Below are positions 26,776-37,541 of a DNA stretch of 64,000 nt, piece by piece; within the stretch, counting starts at the first letter, position 1, and every line of letters begins with the position of its first letter. Under the pieces are notes generated by a model. That model did not search any database. It had not been told where the DNA came from and worked only from the letters and a program-made list of their open reading frames with translations. Origin of the DNA: Escherichia phage radambza; the sequence record MN850639.1; one strand, written 5' to 3'. A program made the translations under genes and the position numbers.

Positions 26776-27222
26776 TTAAACACTTGACGCTGGAATTGTA
26801 GAAGTGTAGTCTAGCTTCTCACAACCAAAAATCCAAGTTTTAGAGTTCTGGTCACGACCAAGTTCAATCTGCGGTAATTCCTGCAACCAAGCATTAATAC
26901 CAGTTGCCAGAACAGAGCCTGATGGGTCGTAGATTACGAAGTTAGAAGAGATATCTTCTTCAAGTTCCATATTGTCTTGTTTAGCTTGAATTGCAGAAAG
27001 CATCTGGTTAGAGAGAGAAGTCTGCATTAACTCAATCTCAATAGTACCTGTCTTGTCTGCATTTCTTGTCAGAGCAACTTGACCACCTGCACCAACAACT
27101 GGTGTCACAAGTGGTGATGTTCTCTGTAGACGCAAGAATGAATCTGGGGCAAAGCCTTCAATGGCAATACCATTCCAGCTACATACAACGTCTTTAGGGG
27201 AATATTGCTGATACATAGCCAT
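26776..27222 (-). CDS. tail tube protein (putative)
   Basis: 148 aa directly after the 450 aa sheath candidate (sheath-tube-chaperone-tape measure order). Confidence 0.5.
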   Translation of the reverse strand: MAMYQQYSPKDVVCSWNGIAIEGFAPDSFLRLQRTSPLVTPVVGAGGQVALTRNADKTGTIEIELMQTSLSNQMLSAIQAKQDNMELEEDISSNFVIYDPSGSVLATGINAWLQELPQIELGRDQNSKTWIFGCEKLDYTSTIPASSV

Positions 27223-27237
27223 TCCAATTTACCTCTA

Positions 27238-28590
27238 TTATTCGTAAGCCACTGTACCTTTCAAGTCAACATCCAAGATAGCCCCTGCTAAGATACCTGC
27301 GAAGGTAACATCTTTCAGGATACGAGCTTTCTTGTCTGCCAAAGCAACTTGAGAGGCTTTAGGAACATTAACTGTGTAAGATGACAGGAAGTTTCTGTTG
27401 ACTGCTCTTTGCAGAGAGGTTTCAATGACTTGACGAATACGGGTAATACCAGTATCATCATAAGTAATCTTACCACCCTTCTGGTTAATTAGCAAGTCTC
27501 TCAGAGAAGTTTTCAGGTCTGATTCTAACCAGTCAACACCACGGATGATATCAATCCATTCCCCACCAGAAGTAATCCCTCTACGAACCACTGGAACACC
27601 ACCATCAAGGTCAATAAAGTTACAGTGACGTGCATCTAAAGCTGACTTCTGAATACTTGTCAGAGGTCTCTGATTAGAAGGTTGTAGAGAAGCTGCTACA
27701 CCAGTTAGCTGAGCATTACCCCAAGCAATTGAACCTGCATCATATGGAGCACCATAAGCAATGTATGCCATCTCTGGGTAATCTTCTGCTGCTGCGTGAT
27801 GCCACAAGCAAACTGTACGAGTGTACATATTCTTAGCAAGCTGTGCTGGAACATCATTTGCACTGGCTAATTCTGTCCCTTGCAGTGCTGCTACATCAGA
27901 GTTAGCTGTAAAGAAGATTTTCTTGCGAGCCTGAATCTCAGAAGCCATCGCTAAGACAAACTGTTGAGTTCTGTCTTCTGCTGCAATGAAATACCAGTCG
28001 GTAGAATAAGCTTCGATAGCTGCCAGAGCAGTTGATGCTGTATCGGCAGTTGTACTTGCAATATACACAGTCTGTGCTGTGGTTGTTACTTTCACAAAGT
28101 CATTATCACCAGCTTTGGTAATAATCATTGTGGCAGAGCCATTGCTACCAGTTACATTCACAGAAACCTTATCTTTGATTGTTGGGTCAGCTTCAATCTG
28201 TGTTTTAAACTGTTGCAACACTACCTCAGCAGTGTCTGAATCTTGTGCTGTGTACTGGTATGGTTGAGAAATTCCACCGCCAGCAGCTACAGTAATTGAG
28301 TAGTCTGTACTTTCGGTAACGGCATCAGGAATTGATACAGTGTACTGCATAGCACGTCTACCAATATAAAGCTGAGTTACTTTAGGAGTCTGACTCCAAA
28401 GTTGTTTAGCAGCCTTATATGCAGCAGAGTTTTCATCGAAATCTTCAGCAACTTCAGTTAAGGAAGTGTAACCACGGACTCTTTCTTCAAAGTTATCTGT
28501 TGAAGCTAAGAATAGTGGCAAACCAAAACCTTCTCTTGTAGTTCCTGCGGTGTTCAATGTAATATCTACATTAACAATTGGATTCCACAT
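27238..28590 (-). CDS. tail sheath protein (putative)
   Basis: 450 aa; position and size in a contractile-tail gene order; no motif-level confirmation. Confidence 0.5.
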   Translation of the reverse strand: MWNPIVNVDITLNTAGTTREGFGLPLFLASTDNFEERVRGYTSLTEVAEDFDENSAAYKAAKQLWSQTPKVTQLYIGRRAMQYTVSIPDAVTESTDYSITVAAGGGISQPYQYTAQDSDTAEVVLQQFKTQIEADPTIKDKVSVNVTGSNGSATMIITKAGDNDFVKVTTTAQTVYIASTTADTASTALAAIEAYSTDWYFIAAEDRTQQFVLAMASEIQARKKIFFTANSDVAALQGTELASANDVPAQLAKNMYTRTVCLWHHAAAEDYPEMAYIAYGAPYDAGSIAWGNAQLTGVAASLQPSNQRPLTSIQKSALDARHCNFIDLDGGVPVVRRGITSGGEWIDIIRGVDWLESDLKTSLRDLLINQKGGKITYDDTGITRIRQVIETSLQRAVNRNFLSSYTVNVPKASQVALADKKARILKDVTFAGILAGAILDVDLKGTVAYE

Positions 28591-29190
28591 TTATTTTACC
28601 CCTTTGGAGTCTACATCTAGATGGATAGTATATTCTGGTGGCTCTTGTCCTTCTTCATAAACCAACTCACCATCAACAATGACACGCTCAATAATACTTC
28701 CACGTTCATCCTTCAGGACTGAGTTTTTTACAAGAGTTACAACAAGAGGTGCAGAATTTTCGAAATCTGTATTGAGATAAGTATAGTCATTCGGGATAGC
28801 TCCAGTGTCTAGTACTGTAGCTCCTGTTTCTTCAAGGATTAAATCTCTGACTGAACTCATCTCTAATCGTTGTTTAAGCTCAAGCATAATACTGTGAGCA
28901 CCTTTACCATTCACCGTAATTAATACTGGAATCTGAAAAGCAATTCTGTAGCAAACTACATCATCCTCAACAAACTTATCAAGAACCCAACCATAAGGTG
29001 TTGCAGCATCTTGACAATATACGGTAATAAATGGCTGGTCAGGTTTTAAACCTTTGTCATTTGAGTTATCAGAAGGGTAAGCTCTAATTACATTTGGTCT
29101 ATTATTCTTATCACGAGCTAATCTGTGACCAATAACATCCACTAAGGTTCTAACTAGACCTTTTTCAAGTTCTGCTGTTTCTAACTGCAT
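28591..29190 (-). CDS. tail completion/neck protein (putative)
   Basis: 199 aa between head and tail modules. Confidence 0.4.
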   Translation of the reverse strand: MQLETAELEKGLVRTLVDVIGHRLARDKNNRPNVIRAYPSDNSNDKGLKPDQPFITVYCQDAATPYGWVLDKFVEDDVVCYRIAFQIPVLITVNGKGAHSIMLELKQRLEMSSVRDLILEETGATVLDTGAIPNDYTYLNTDFENSAPLVVTLVKNSVLKDERGSIIERVIVDGELVYEEGQEPPEYTIHLDVDSKGVK

Positions 29191-29566
29191 TCATTTTATC
29201 CCTTCTAATAATGATATATTCATAATGGGACGTATGAGCTAATTGCTGTGACCAATCCATAGTCATAAATACTTCATACTCATGACCATCAATCATAACA
29301 ATATCAGACTCATTCCACTCTACATCATCTGAAGTTCTAAGTTTATATGTGGTATACAGGATTCTTGTATCGGTAAGCCTAATACCTTCCGGTAAAGCAA
29401 TCTGTGTACCATTCTTTACAGAACCTTTGATATATGGCTGGATATTACCTTTGCAGTTAACCTCTACAATATCTTGTGAAGCTACCCAATCACCATCATC
29501 ATTATAATAACCATCTTCAGAGACTTTACGCTTTACTACAAAGCTGTGTCTGTTTAAGAGTCTCAT
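29165..29566 (-). CDS. head-tail connector protein (putative)
   Basis: 133 aa, position. Confidence 0.4.
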   Translation of the reverse strand: MRLLNRHSFVVKRKVSEDGYYNDDGDWVASQDIVEVNCKGNIQPYIKGSVKNGTQIALPEGIRLTDTRILYTTYKLRTSDDVEWNESDIVMIDGHEYEVFMTMDWSQQLAHTSHYEYIIIRRDKMNAVRNSRT

Positions 29567-30045
29567 TTCTTAATACCCTTCTTAGTAGAAATTTTATAAG
29601 CAAGGTTATCTCTTAAGTCACCTGTCTCAACAAGAGGTGCATTAAAGCCTTTTTTCTTGACTGTGGAAGGTGCGTTAGGAGGGAGGATAGCAGAATTACC
29701 AAACCCCCTTTTAATTACCTTTTGAGTATTCTTTGCAAATGCTTCTAAGGTATTTGAAGGGTCTGTGTTGAGACTGCTAAGTTGCTTATATAGATTCTTC
29801 TTAGTCTGCTCTAACAAGGTCTGTTTGTTTAGCATCATAGTGATTTCAAACAACCTACGATATACTTTACCAGAAGCTGAAGGAACCCCAATAACTTCTT
29901 GTAAATACATTAAAGCAGGATAAGAAAAACCAGAGCTATGTTGACCTTGTTCTTGAAAATACCCAACTTGAGCATTAGCCGTTTGCAAGTTCTTCATAGC
30001 CCCGACTAATTTTGCTCTAGCGGGGTGAATAACCCTTTTAACCAT
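29563..30045 (-). CDS. head-tail joining protein (putative)
   Basis: 160 aa, position. Confidence 0.4.
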   Translation of the reverse strand: MVKRVIHPARAKLVGAMKNLQTANAQVGYFQEQGQHSSGFSYPALMYLQEVIGVPSASGKVYRRLFEITMMLNKQTLLEQTKKNLYKQLSSLNTDPSNTLEAFAKNTQKVIKRGFGNSAILPPNAPSTVKKKGFNAPLVETGDLRDNLAYKISTKKGIKK

Positions 30046-30494
30046 TATTCATCTCGCTCGATAATAAATACGCCATTAACACGGTTGCAGTAATCTCTGC
30101 CTTCGTATCTGGCAGCATCACCATATTCTGTGTATTTCTTGACAGAGCAAGGATTCTGACGACGCATGTCAATATCACACTGATTAATACCACCTGCATA
30201 GGGTAGTCCTGAAACAGAGCTTTTAACAAGGTCGTCATAAACAGCTTTCAGAGATTTGAATCTGGAAGAGTTACGTAAATAAACACCACCAACCTTCTCA
30301 TCTCCCATCTTGGCTACTTGAAAGAGTAAATATTTAAGAGCTTTGATGGCTGCTTTCTTTTCATCCTTTCCAGATTCTAGATAGAACCACTCTAGCACAG
30401 ACTGTTCAATAAGAATTTCATCATTATTGGTGTCTGTGCAGAGGATTCTTACTCTATCAAGAGGGTTATTGGCTGGGTCGCCTGTATAACACAT
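30045..30494 (-). CDS. head completion protein (putative)
   Basis: 149 aa, position after capsid gene. Confidence 0.4.
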   Translation of the reverse strand: MCYTGDPANNPLDRVRILCTDTNNDEILIEQSVLEWFYLESGKDEKKAAIKALKYLLFQVAKMGDEKVGGVYLRNSSRFKSLKAVYDDLVKSSVSGLPYAGGINQCDIDMRRQNPCSVKKYTEYGDAARYEGRDYCNRVNGVFIIERDE

Positions 30495-30515
30495 TCATAA
30501 CCCTCCTTAAGAATA

Positions 30516-31622
30516 TTAGTCAGCTTTAGCGTCAGCGCGAACATCTACCAGCAACTGAGGACGAGTACAGTATGGCAGCATGTAAGAGTGAGCTTCGAAG
30601 TCAATACCTTCGTCACGGTCTTTTTCGTATTCGAATACGTACAGTTCCTGACCAAGTGTATTTGCGTAACCCATCTTAGGACATGGACCATATGCAACTT
30701 CGAAGATGTTGTTAGCTTCACCCAGCATAGCTACGTTAGGGAAAGCATGACCAACACCAACAGTGTCTGCTACGCTGTCAATGCTAACCAGAGTGTGAAC
30801 CTTACCACGCTTGTCTTTGAACTTACCGTTGTACTGGACAAACTTAACACCACCGTAGTAGAAGGTGTTCATATGAGCCTGAACGCCGTCAGTACCACCA
30901 GTTCTCAGAGAACCAGTAATCTGTTGCCAAGCCAGTGGGGTCTGCTGTGCAAGATAAGCGTCACGAATCTTAGGATGCTTAACCAGTTTGCTGAAGAATA
31001 CACGGTCAACAACTACGTGAATTTCTTCACCGTTGATTACAGTGCCAGTCTTAGCTTCGTCTTCCATGTGCATACGCAGTTCTTCAATAGAAGCGTCAAT
31101 GTCAGCATTAGGGTTGTCAAGGTCGAAGTAAACAGTCTTCTTCTCAACGTCGAACTGCTTGTACAGGTCAGCGTACAGAGTACCACGAGCATCAACAACT
31201 TTACCCTTCAGAGCTTGCATAAACAGGAACTCACGAGTAATATCGAACTTGGTACGAATCTTCATCAGCTTCTTAGCACGTACTACAGCTTCAGTAGTCA
31301 GTTCGTTTGCAGTGCCTGGCTGACGTACACCCTGAATTTCATCAGGAGTGATGCTTTCAACTTCTTTGAAGTACATCATTGGGAAGCTGATTTGACGAAC
31401 ACGCTCAGGTGCGCTAGTCTCTGCTTTACGGCTATCACGGTCTACCGCATCAAGCAAGCTAACATCCCAATCAGTCAAGTCCATAAGGAAAGTAGTTTGG
31501 GTGATTGGTGCTGAACGGAACAGACCTAAGTTGGAAATATACCCATAAGTATTTGGGATAGACTGGACTTCACCAGTCAGGTCAGCAAGGAAAAATCTGC
31601 TTTTTTCAGAATTAGTCAACAT
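30516..31622 (-). CDS. major capsid protein (lambda gpE-like)
   Basis: 368 aa, higher GC and codon bias than neighbours; follows protease-scaffold and a small decoration-like gene as in lambda C-Nu3-D-E. Confidence 0.7.
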   Translation of the reverse strand: MLTNSEKSRFFLADLTGEVQSIPNTYGYISNLGLFRSAPITQTTFLMDLTDWDVSLLDAVDRDSRKAETSAPERVRQISFPMMYFKEVESITPDEIQGVRQPGTANELTTEAVVRAKKLMKIRTKFDITREFLFMQALKGKVVDARGTLYADLYKQFDVEKKTVYFDLDNPNADIDASIEELRMHMEDEAKTGTVINGEEIHVVVDRVFFSKLVKHPKIRDAYLAQQTPLAWQQITGSLRTGGTDGVQAHMNTFYYGGVKFVQYNGKFKDKRGKVHTLVSIDSVADTVGVGHAFPNVAMLGEANNIFEVAYGPCPKMGYANTLGQELYVFEYEKDRDEGIDFEAHSYMLPYCTRPQLLVDVRADAKAD

Positions 31623-31655
31623 TGTAAAATTCTCCAGAATGTCTTATTATTGTTA

Positions 31656-32033
31656 TTACAGGCCAGTTGGTACGAAATCAATACCTTTAGCAGCCAGAGC
31701 TTTCTTGACTTCAGTAGCATCAACGCTTGATTCAAGAGTTAGCAGGTCTTTCAGTTCTGCATCACGGTGGATACCTACTACTTTCAACTGACCATGATAA
31801 GACAGTTGCAGGTCTGCGTAGAAATTAACGATACATACAGAGTCTGCTTGGGCTTCTTCTCCAGCTTGTACCTTAGTACCATCTGCTTTCAGAACTTCAC
31901 CTACACGATACTCTGTAGATGCCTGTGGAGTGTACTCTTTACGAGAGTGGCCTGTTGGGGTAATCTGTTCCCAAAGAATGATATCATTCAGAGGTTCTCT
32001 GTTACCTAACTTAGTAAAACCTTGATATGCCAT
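31656..32033 (-). CDS. head decoration protein (putative)
   Basis: 125 aa immediately upstream of the capsid gene (lambda gpD position). Confidence 0.45.
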   Translation of the reverse strand: MAYQGFTKLGNREPLNDIILWEQITPTGHSRKEYTPQASTEYRVGEVLKADGTKVQAGEEAQADSVCIVNFYADLQLSYHGQLKVVGIHRDAELKDLLTLESSVDATEVKKALAAKGIDFVPTGL

Positions 32034-32044
32034 TATTGTGTTCC

Positions 32045-33391
32045 TTATTTGATAAGAGATTTTAGAGCATTCTGGAGAGCCAGTTTGCGTTGTTCAGCGG
32101 TGTCTTCGGAAGCATTCTTAGCTGGTTCTTTTTCTTCTTCAACCAAATCAGCTTCGCCGTCATTACCCATTTCTTCCATAGCATTAGAATGTTCAAGAAC
32201 AGCACCAGCAGTTTCTTTCAGCTTGGTAATTTCTGATTCTTTTTCTTCCATTGCAGAAGCATGGGACGCGATAGTTTCATTAAGTTTCTGGTTAGCACCT
32301 TCCATAGCATTCATAAACAGAACACTCAGAGGGTTATCAAGACCAGCACCTAAAATAGTCGTTGCAGCTTCTTTTGCATCAAACCCAAAAGCTTCAGCAG
32401 AAGCAGAAATCTTATTAGTCAAATCTGACAAAGCAGCTTCCTGTTCTTTAGCTTTCATTTGAGCAACCTGAAGACGCAAAGCTTCTAGTTCTTGCTTTTC
32501 TTGTTCAGTCATTTCTTCACCTGAATTGTTAACGTTTAAACTTACAGGAGCCTCTTCAGAACCTTGTAAGTAATTTAAGAAATCATCTTGAGACATGATT
32601 GAGTTAATTAAACCAAGTTCAAGAGCTTCCTGAGCAGAATAAACATTCGCCTCAGTATTCTTTACAGCTTCTTCAGAGAGATTACGAGATTCGGCTACAA
32701 AACCTGTAAAGGTTGCGTAGGTATCATTAATTCTCTTTTGAAGTCTTTCTTTGCTTTCTTCTGAAAGTGCTTGGAATGGTGAACCCATACCTTTAAATTC
32801 ACCAGCTTTAATGACGTTAATTGTTACGCCATTCTTTTCAAATGCCTTAGTTAATTCCTGATGAACCATGATTACACCGATAGAACCAACATCTGCATCT
32901 GGTGATGCAATAATTTCTTCAGCAGAAGATGCAAGAGCGTATGCAGCGGAACAAGCGAACTCATCTACATAAGCAATAATTTTCTTTTGGCCTCTTGAAG
33001 CCATAATGTGACGTGCTAATTCAAAGCAACCTGAAGCTTCACCACCACCGGAATCAATATGCAGAACAATAGTCTTGATTGACTCATCTGCTAAAGCTTC
33101 GTCAAAGCCTCTACGCAAACCTTCATAAGAGCTTAATCCACCTGTACACATTGCATCAATGAATGTCATACGATGGGTTAAACCACCCATAATAGGGATA
33201 ATAGCAATGTCATCTTTTACTTTTAAAAGACTTCTTGCTTCACCTTTGGGTTTATCAAAGTTTACTGCTGCTTGGACATCACCCAGCAATCTGTTATTCA
33301 CATAAGTTGCTGCTGAGTGAGCTAATGATTCAGTGGCTAGTAAAGGTTGGTTGAATAATCTATCAGCAAGTCTGAAGATATTCGAACTCAT
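32045..33391 (-). CDS. prohead protease (S49/ClpP-like) fused to scaffold domain
   Basis: N-terminal half has S49-like serine peptidase motifs (HIDSGGGEASG, FACSAAYALAS); C-terminal half is Glu/Ala/Lys-rich coiled coil (EQEKQELEALRLQVAQMKAKEQ). Confidence 0.7.
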   Translation of the reverse strand: MSSNIFRLADRLFNQPLLATESLAHSAATYVNNRLLGDVQAAVNFDKPKGEARSLLKVKDDIAIIPIMGGLTHRMTFIDAMCTGGLSSYEGLRRGFDEALADESIKTIVLHIDSGGGEASGCFELARHIMASRGQKKIIAYVDEFACSAAYALASSAEEIIASPDADVGSIGVIMVHQELTKAFEKNGVTINVIKAGEFKGMGSPFQALSEESKERLQKRINDTYATFTGFVAESRNLSEEAVKNTEANVYSAQEALELGLINSIMSQDDFLNYLQGSEEAPVSLNVNNSGEEMTEQEKQELEALRLQVAQMKAKEQEAALSDLTNKISASAEAFGFDAKEAATTILGAGLDNPLSVLFMNAMEGANQKLNETIASHASAMEEKESEITKLKETAGAVLEHSNAMEEMGNDGEADLVEEEKEPAKNASEDTAEQRKLALQNALKSLIK

Positions 33392-33402
33392 TTTTACTCA
33401 CC

Positions 33403-33735
33403 CTATTTGTTTAAATCTACAGAGACTGAAGAGATAACATAGATACCTTCTTCAGCAAAGAATTGAGGTTTGCTAAGAGCACCAGTTGCCACGCATTTAT
33501 CGTTAGCATCCCACAAGCTATAGTGTGAGACCGTTGCAGAAGCTGGAACAGTAATGTTAACTGTGTCTTCTGAGGCAATTAAGCCATTATCCGGTTCAGA
33601 AAAATAAATAGCCACTGGCTGAGTAACCTTATTTGCTGTAGGGTCTGCCGTTGGGTCTACATTGTGTAAAATAATAGTCGTTGGGGTTAGCGTGGCGAGG
33701 ATTTTATTCTTACCATCAATAGTTAATGTTCCCAT
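33403..33735 (-). CDS. hypothetical head protein (110 aa)
   Basis: ORF track, between portal and protease. Confidence 0.4.
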   Translation of the reverse strand: MGTLTIDGKNKILATLTPTTIILHNVDPTADPTANKVTQPVAIYFSEPDNGLIASEDTVNITVPASATVSHYSLWDANDKCVATGALSKPQFFAEEGIYVISSVSVDLNK

Positions 33736-34235
33736 TAATTAAACCTTACTTTTTGTTTAAGGACTGTTGAATGGTTACCAGATTCATCTACCACATTTAC
33801 AATCATATCATATACTTTGCCTTTGACAAGTACTTTGTAATCATTTTGTGAAAAAATGTATTCAAGTCTGTTTGTTTCTTTATTAACTGTCATTGGAGAT
33901 TGAAATGCAGTGTCGAGGGTAATGAAAGCGGCTTCAATGCTATTAACATTGATACGTTTATTCTCGCAGTTATATAACTTTACACCCAAAAGGCATGAAC
34001 TGTCAAATGGAATTTTAACAATTTCACTACAATTTCCTGAAATAAACGGTTTTCCACTCATTGGAGCATCAAGTAACCTGCAAATAGTGAAAACGTCAGA
34101 GGTTCCACCATCACTTACATAACCTGAAAGGCTGACCCTTGAGCCAGCCTCTACAGATAATTTGTCAGTGATAATAAGAACACCTCTATACGAATGCACC
34201 CGTGTAGCATTTGAAATAGAGATAACTTCAGCCAT
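33735..34235 (-). CDS. hypothetical head protein (166 aa)
   Basis: ORF track, directly downstream of portal. Confidence 0.4.
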   Translation of the reverse strand: MAEVISISNATRVHSYRGVLIITDKLSVEAGSRVSLSGYVSDGGTSDVFTICRLLDAPMSGKPFISGNCSEIVKIPFDSSCLLGVKLYNCENKRINVNSIEAAFITLDTAFQSPMTVNKETNRLEYIFSQNDYKVLVKGKVYDMIVNVVDESGNHSTVLKQKVRFN

Positions 34236-35710
34236 TATTTATTTGCCTTATTTGCTGTGCTTGGGTCTTTCGCTGAAGGTGTCTTTGCAGTACCTTCTCC
34301 AGCGGTCTTATAACCATCTCCTGAACGGCTTTGGCTATTTGGAGAAAGCTTTTCAGATACTGGCTGAGACTCATCAGCAGGAGGAAGACCAATATGCTCT
34401 CTAAGTTTGTTAGATAGCTCTTTGTCAACTTCCAAAGCACCTACTGCAACAGTCTTCTGAATATAAGAACCAATTGCTTCAAGGTCTGGAGTTTCGATAT
34501 CATCATATGTGATTTGTACATGCTCTTCATCATCCCACATATTAAGAGCATAAGTCTGTGCAACTAAATCACGGTTAATTACGTTCTTAATTTGCTTCAG
34601 CAGAATATCTACTGACATTGCTAATAAGCTTGTCTTAGAATCTGCAAGAGAGAATGAACCATATTTTGACTGACCCATAGCAAGAACATCTGACATAAAT
34701 GCCATCATAATCTGCTTAGAATATCTGTCAATGATAGAACCTGTGTCATACGCTTTAGCACCCTGTCTAGAAACTAATGAGAACTCAAAGATATCCTCTT
34801 TAGTTTCTGGGTCGATATATCTAGGCCAGATTAAACCTGCTCTATCATTAGCAATCATATCATTAACAACAGTTTTGCAGTATTGTACGAAAGCTTTCTT
34901 TTCAGGTTCTGCATTTTCATCCAGATAATCTGGTGGTAAACCAATTTTTGGCATACCTACCAAGTCTCTTGAAACACCAACAGCTTCATACTCTTCAATC
35001 TGTACTTTATATTTCCACGGTACATAAGCATTAAGTAATGGTGAACGACCTTCTGGGTTTCCATATTCATCGTCATACTTAAACAGCATGAATTTAGCTC
35101 GTGGAAGTTTTCTTGTCAGTGGTCTTTCTCCGAGATTAATTGCTCCAGCAATATGTGAAACATTTCTCAGATTCTGTCTAACACCAGTAACTTTTCTAAA
35201 GTCTTCGTCAAAGTACCACTTATCAAGCGTTGACTGATTTCTGATTGGTAATTTAGCCCATCCAATTAGACCATCATCAAATTTTGACTGGTACTTTCCT
35301 TTCTTACCCTGACGTTTCTTATAAACCTTTTCATTAACACAGAACCCATAAGTGCAGAATGACATTACAGAGTTAATAAAATCTGCCCAATCATGCTCCA
35401 TGTCATCCATTAAAGAATTAAAGAAGTCTGCTCTTTCAAGCATTTTAGGGTCTTGCTCTTTTCCCTTTGGAGGTACAAATCTCCAGTTGACTTTTCTGAC
35501 AAACATCTTAATAATATTTACAGATGCTGCTACAGCAGGGTCACGCATCATTAATTGGAAAGTTTTAATACTTTCAGGGAACCTTAGTGCCTGACGAGGT
35601 TCTTCATAGATTCTTCCATTCTTAACCTTCAGACCCAAAGAACCTACTTCACCCATTCTAAATGGTGGTAAGCTTTCTTGTGTTTCTGTAATATCTGCCA
35701 TTCTTCTCAC
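34235..35710 (-). CDS. portal protein
   Basis: 491 aa immediately downstream of the large terminase; acidic/Ser-rich C-terminal tail. Confidence 0.75.
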   Translation of the reverse strand: MRRMADITETQESLPPFRMGEVGSLGLKVKNGRIYEEPRQALRFPESIKTFQLMMRDPAVAASVNIIKMFVRKVNWRFVPPKGKEQDPKMLERADFFNSLMDDMEHDWADFINSVMSFCTYGFCVNEKVYKKRQGKKGKYQSKFDDGLIGWAKLPIRNQSTLDKWYFDEDFRKVTGVRQNLRNVSHIAGAINLGERPLTRKLPRAKFMLFKYDDEYGNPEGRSPLLNAYVPWKYKVQIEEYEAVGVSRDLVGMPKIGLPPDYLDENAEPEKKAFVQYCKTVVNDMIANDRAGLIWPRYIDPETKEDIFEFSLVSRQGAKAYDTGSIIDRYSKQIMMAFMSDVLAMGQSKYGSFSLADSKTSLLAMSVDILLKQIKNVINRDLVAQTYALNMWDDEEHVQITYDDIETPDLEAIGSYIQKTVAVGALEVDKELSNKLREHIGLPPADESQPVSEKLSPNSQSRSGDGYKTAGEGTAKTPSAKDPSTANKANK

Positions 35711-35717
35711 CTAGCTA

Positions 35718-37334
35718 TCAACGTCTAAGCCCCTCATATGGGTTTCCTCTCACTAAATCTGTGTGAGCACCCATTGATGGTGGCTTGAATAATTTAACTT
35801 CGTTAAGACTGTTGAAAGCATCACTGGTAGCATCCACTTGGTCATCTTTAGTTTTACCGTCACCACAAAAGCCTTCAAGTTCTTGAAAGTAAGCTTCATT
35901 CCAACTACCTCTCAAGACTTTTACAAGTCCAGCTTCAGAAGCAGCAGAAAATCCCGCAAAGCGGGTAACTTTATCTTTATTTGTTGGTTTGGCTCTTGCT
36001 CGATAACCTTTCTCGGCAAGTTTCCTGATGAGGGATGTTGCGTAGGATTTACCAGCAGCGCCTGGGTCTTGAGGGATAAAAATACCAGTTCGCTTACCGT
36101 CACTTTCAGCAGTCAAATTAATTTGTGTTTCGACTCCAGAGGGTCTATCTCTAAATCTTACTACATCAATGATATAATAGCAACCGTCTTTTTTAGATTT
36201 ACCCATCTTAACACCTGCTGTCCAGTCTGGATTAGGGTTAACCTCAGATGGTAAAGTTGCTGCTAAGTCCCATGCTCTAACATCAAATACATCTTCTGGG
36301 AGTGAATCAACAATCTCACACCATTGTCTTTGCCAATAGTTTGAACCTTCTGCACGAGCTTTCCAGTTACCGAAACGAAGCCTTGCAACGTTTACAGGGG
36401 TGTTGTTTTCCAACTTACCACGGTACTTAGGCTCTAAGAAGTCAAGGATTGGGTTATCATCAATCGTACCAGAGATGAAGGTGTATGTTTGAGGAATCTC
36501 AAGAGGGAACATTTCAAGAATCTTGTCTCTCTCCCAATCAGAAACCATCACACCATCATTCATTACATACCAACGAATACGACCACACTTTTCAGGGTCT
36601 GGATAACCTTCTTCATCTAAGAATGGCTCTACCCAATCATAAATAAAATGGTCTCTGTCTGGGTTCATGGAAATTTTCATGTATGAATCACCTTCAGCAC
36701 CAGAACGAAGACGTGTTTGTAGGTATGAAATCTGTGAAGCAGAGAAGTGTGTACCTTCGTCAAAGTAAATAGCTGAGTATTCAATACCCTGATGACCTTC
36801 AGCGTGCTTTTCAAGTTCTAGATAGGTAAACTTGATAGTCGCCCCAGAAGGGAATGTGATAGTCATCTTCTGCTCGTGAGGAACCCCACCAAACTTACCA
36901 AATAGTTTCTTTGCAGCAGGCCATAAACCACCTTGTAACTGTGTTGTATTTCGACGGAAATATACAGCATTATAGTTAGGGTCTTCAATAAACCTTAAAG
37001 AGTCCATTAACAATGCAGCAGTTTTACCAGCACCAGCAGCACCACCATAGAGAACCAAGTCAGCATTAGTATTTAAAAAGACCTCTTGAGAACCCGGCTG
37101 AGGGGCTACATAATTCTTATCAGTCATCAATTTAAAGATAAGGCGAACTTGGTCTGGTGTGTATCTTAATAAAGTCAGAATTTGAGTTGGAAGGAATTTA
37201 GAGGGGTCTTTACCGAATGATTTAATAATTTCTTTTACTTCATCAGAAAGCCCCAACTCTCCAGCTAGGACTTTCCTAACATCTTCCACTCGCTTCTGCT
37301 TAACAGCATTTAAGTCCATTAAGCGCCTCCGCAA
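35718..37334 (-). CDS. terminase large subunit
   Basis: Walker A VLYGGAAGAGKT, later acidic nuclease-type motifs; 538 aa. Confidence 0.85.
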   Translation of the reverse strand: MRRRLMDLNAVKQKRVEDVRKVLAGELGLSDEVKEIIKSFGKDPSKFLPTQILTLLRYTPDQVRLIFKLMTDKNYVAPQPGSQEVFLNTNADLVLYGGAAGAGKTAALLMDSLRFIEDPNYNAVYFRRNTTQLQGGLWPAAKKLFGKFGGVPHEQKMTITFPSGATIKFTYLELEKHAEGHQGIEYSAIYFDEGTHFSASQISYLQTRLRSGAEGDSYMKISMNPDRDHFIYDWVEPFLDEEGYPDPEKCGRIRWYVMNDGVMVSDWERDKILEMFPLEIPQTYTFISGTIDDNPILDFLEPKYRGKLENNTPVNVARLRFGNWKARAEGSNYWQRQWCEIVDSLPEDVFDVRAWDLAATLPSEVNPNPDWTAGVKMGKSKKDGCYYIIDVVRFRDRPSGVETQINLTAESDGKRTGIFIPQDPGAAGKSYATSLIRKLAEKGYRARAKPTNKDKVTRFAGFSAASEAGLVKVLRGSWNEAYFQELEGFCGDGKTKDDQVDATSDAFNSLNEVKLFKPPSMGAHTDLVRGNPYEGLRR

Positions 37335-37340
37335 ATAGAA

Positions 37341-37541
37341 TTATTCAGAGTCTGTAGCAGTCTCTTCTTTCTTAACTTCGAACTTTGCATCAACGGCATC
37401 AAGAAGTGCATCCATAGATGCTTCTTTAATATCAATACCTGTTGCTACAGACAGTCTGTCTGCAATTGCCATGATAGTATTCTGCATAAATTCTAGCTTT
37501 TTGTTAGCTTCATAAAGTTCTTTATAAACGGTCTCACTCAT
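37341..37541 (-). CDS. hypothetical protein (66 aa)
   Basis: Small acidic ORF upstream of terminase; too small to call as small terminase. Confidence 0.4.
   Translation of the reverse strand: MSETVYKELYEANKKLEFMQNTIMAIADRLSVATGIDIKEASMDALLDAVDAKFEVKKEETATDSE

Noticed and set aside
30588-31514. 308 aa plus-strand ORF
   Set aside because: Lies antisense across the whole major capsid gene; low-complexity translation with no start context; the capsid frame on the minus strand is far more convincing.
32022-32462. 146 aa plus-strand ORF
   Set aside because: Antisense to the protease-scaffold gene; Ser/Ala low complexity.
37341-37541. Small terminase subunit
   Set aside because: The 66 aa ORF upstream of the large terminase is too short and lacks a DNA-binding motif; the small subunit may lie elsewhere or be unrecognisable.
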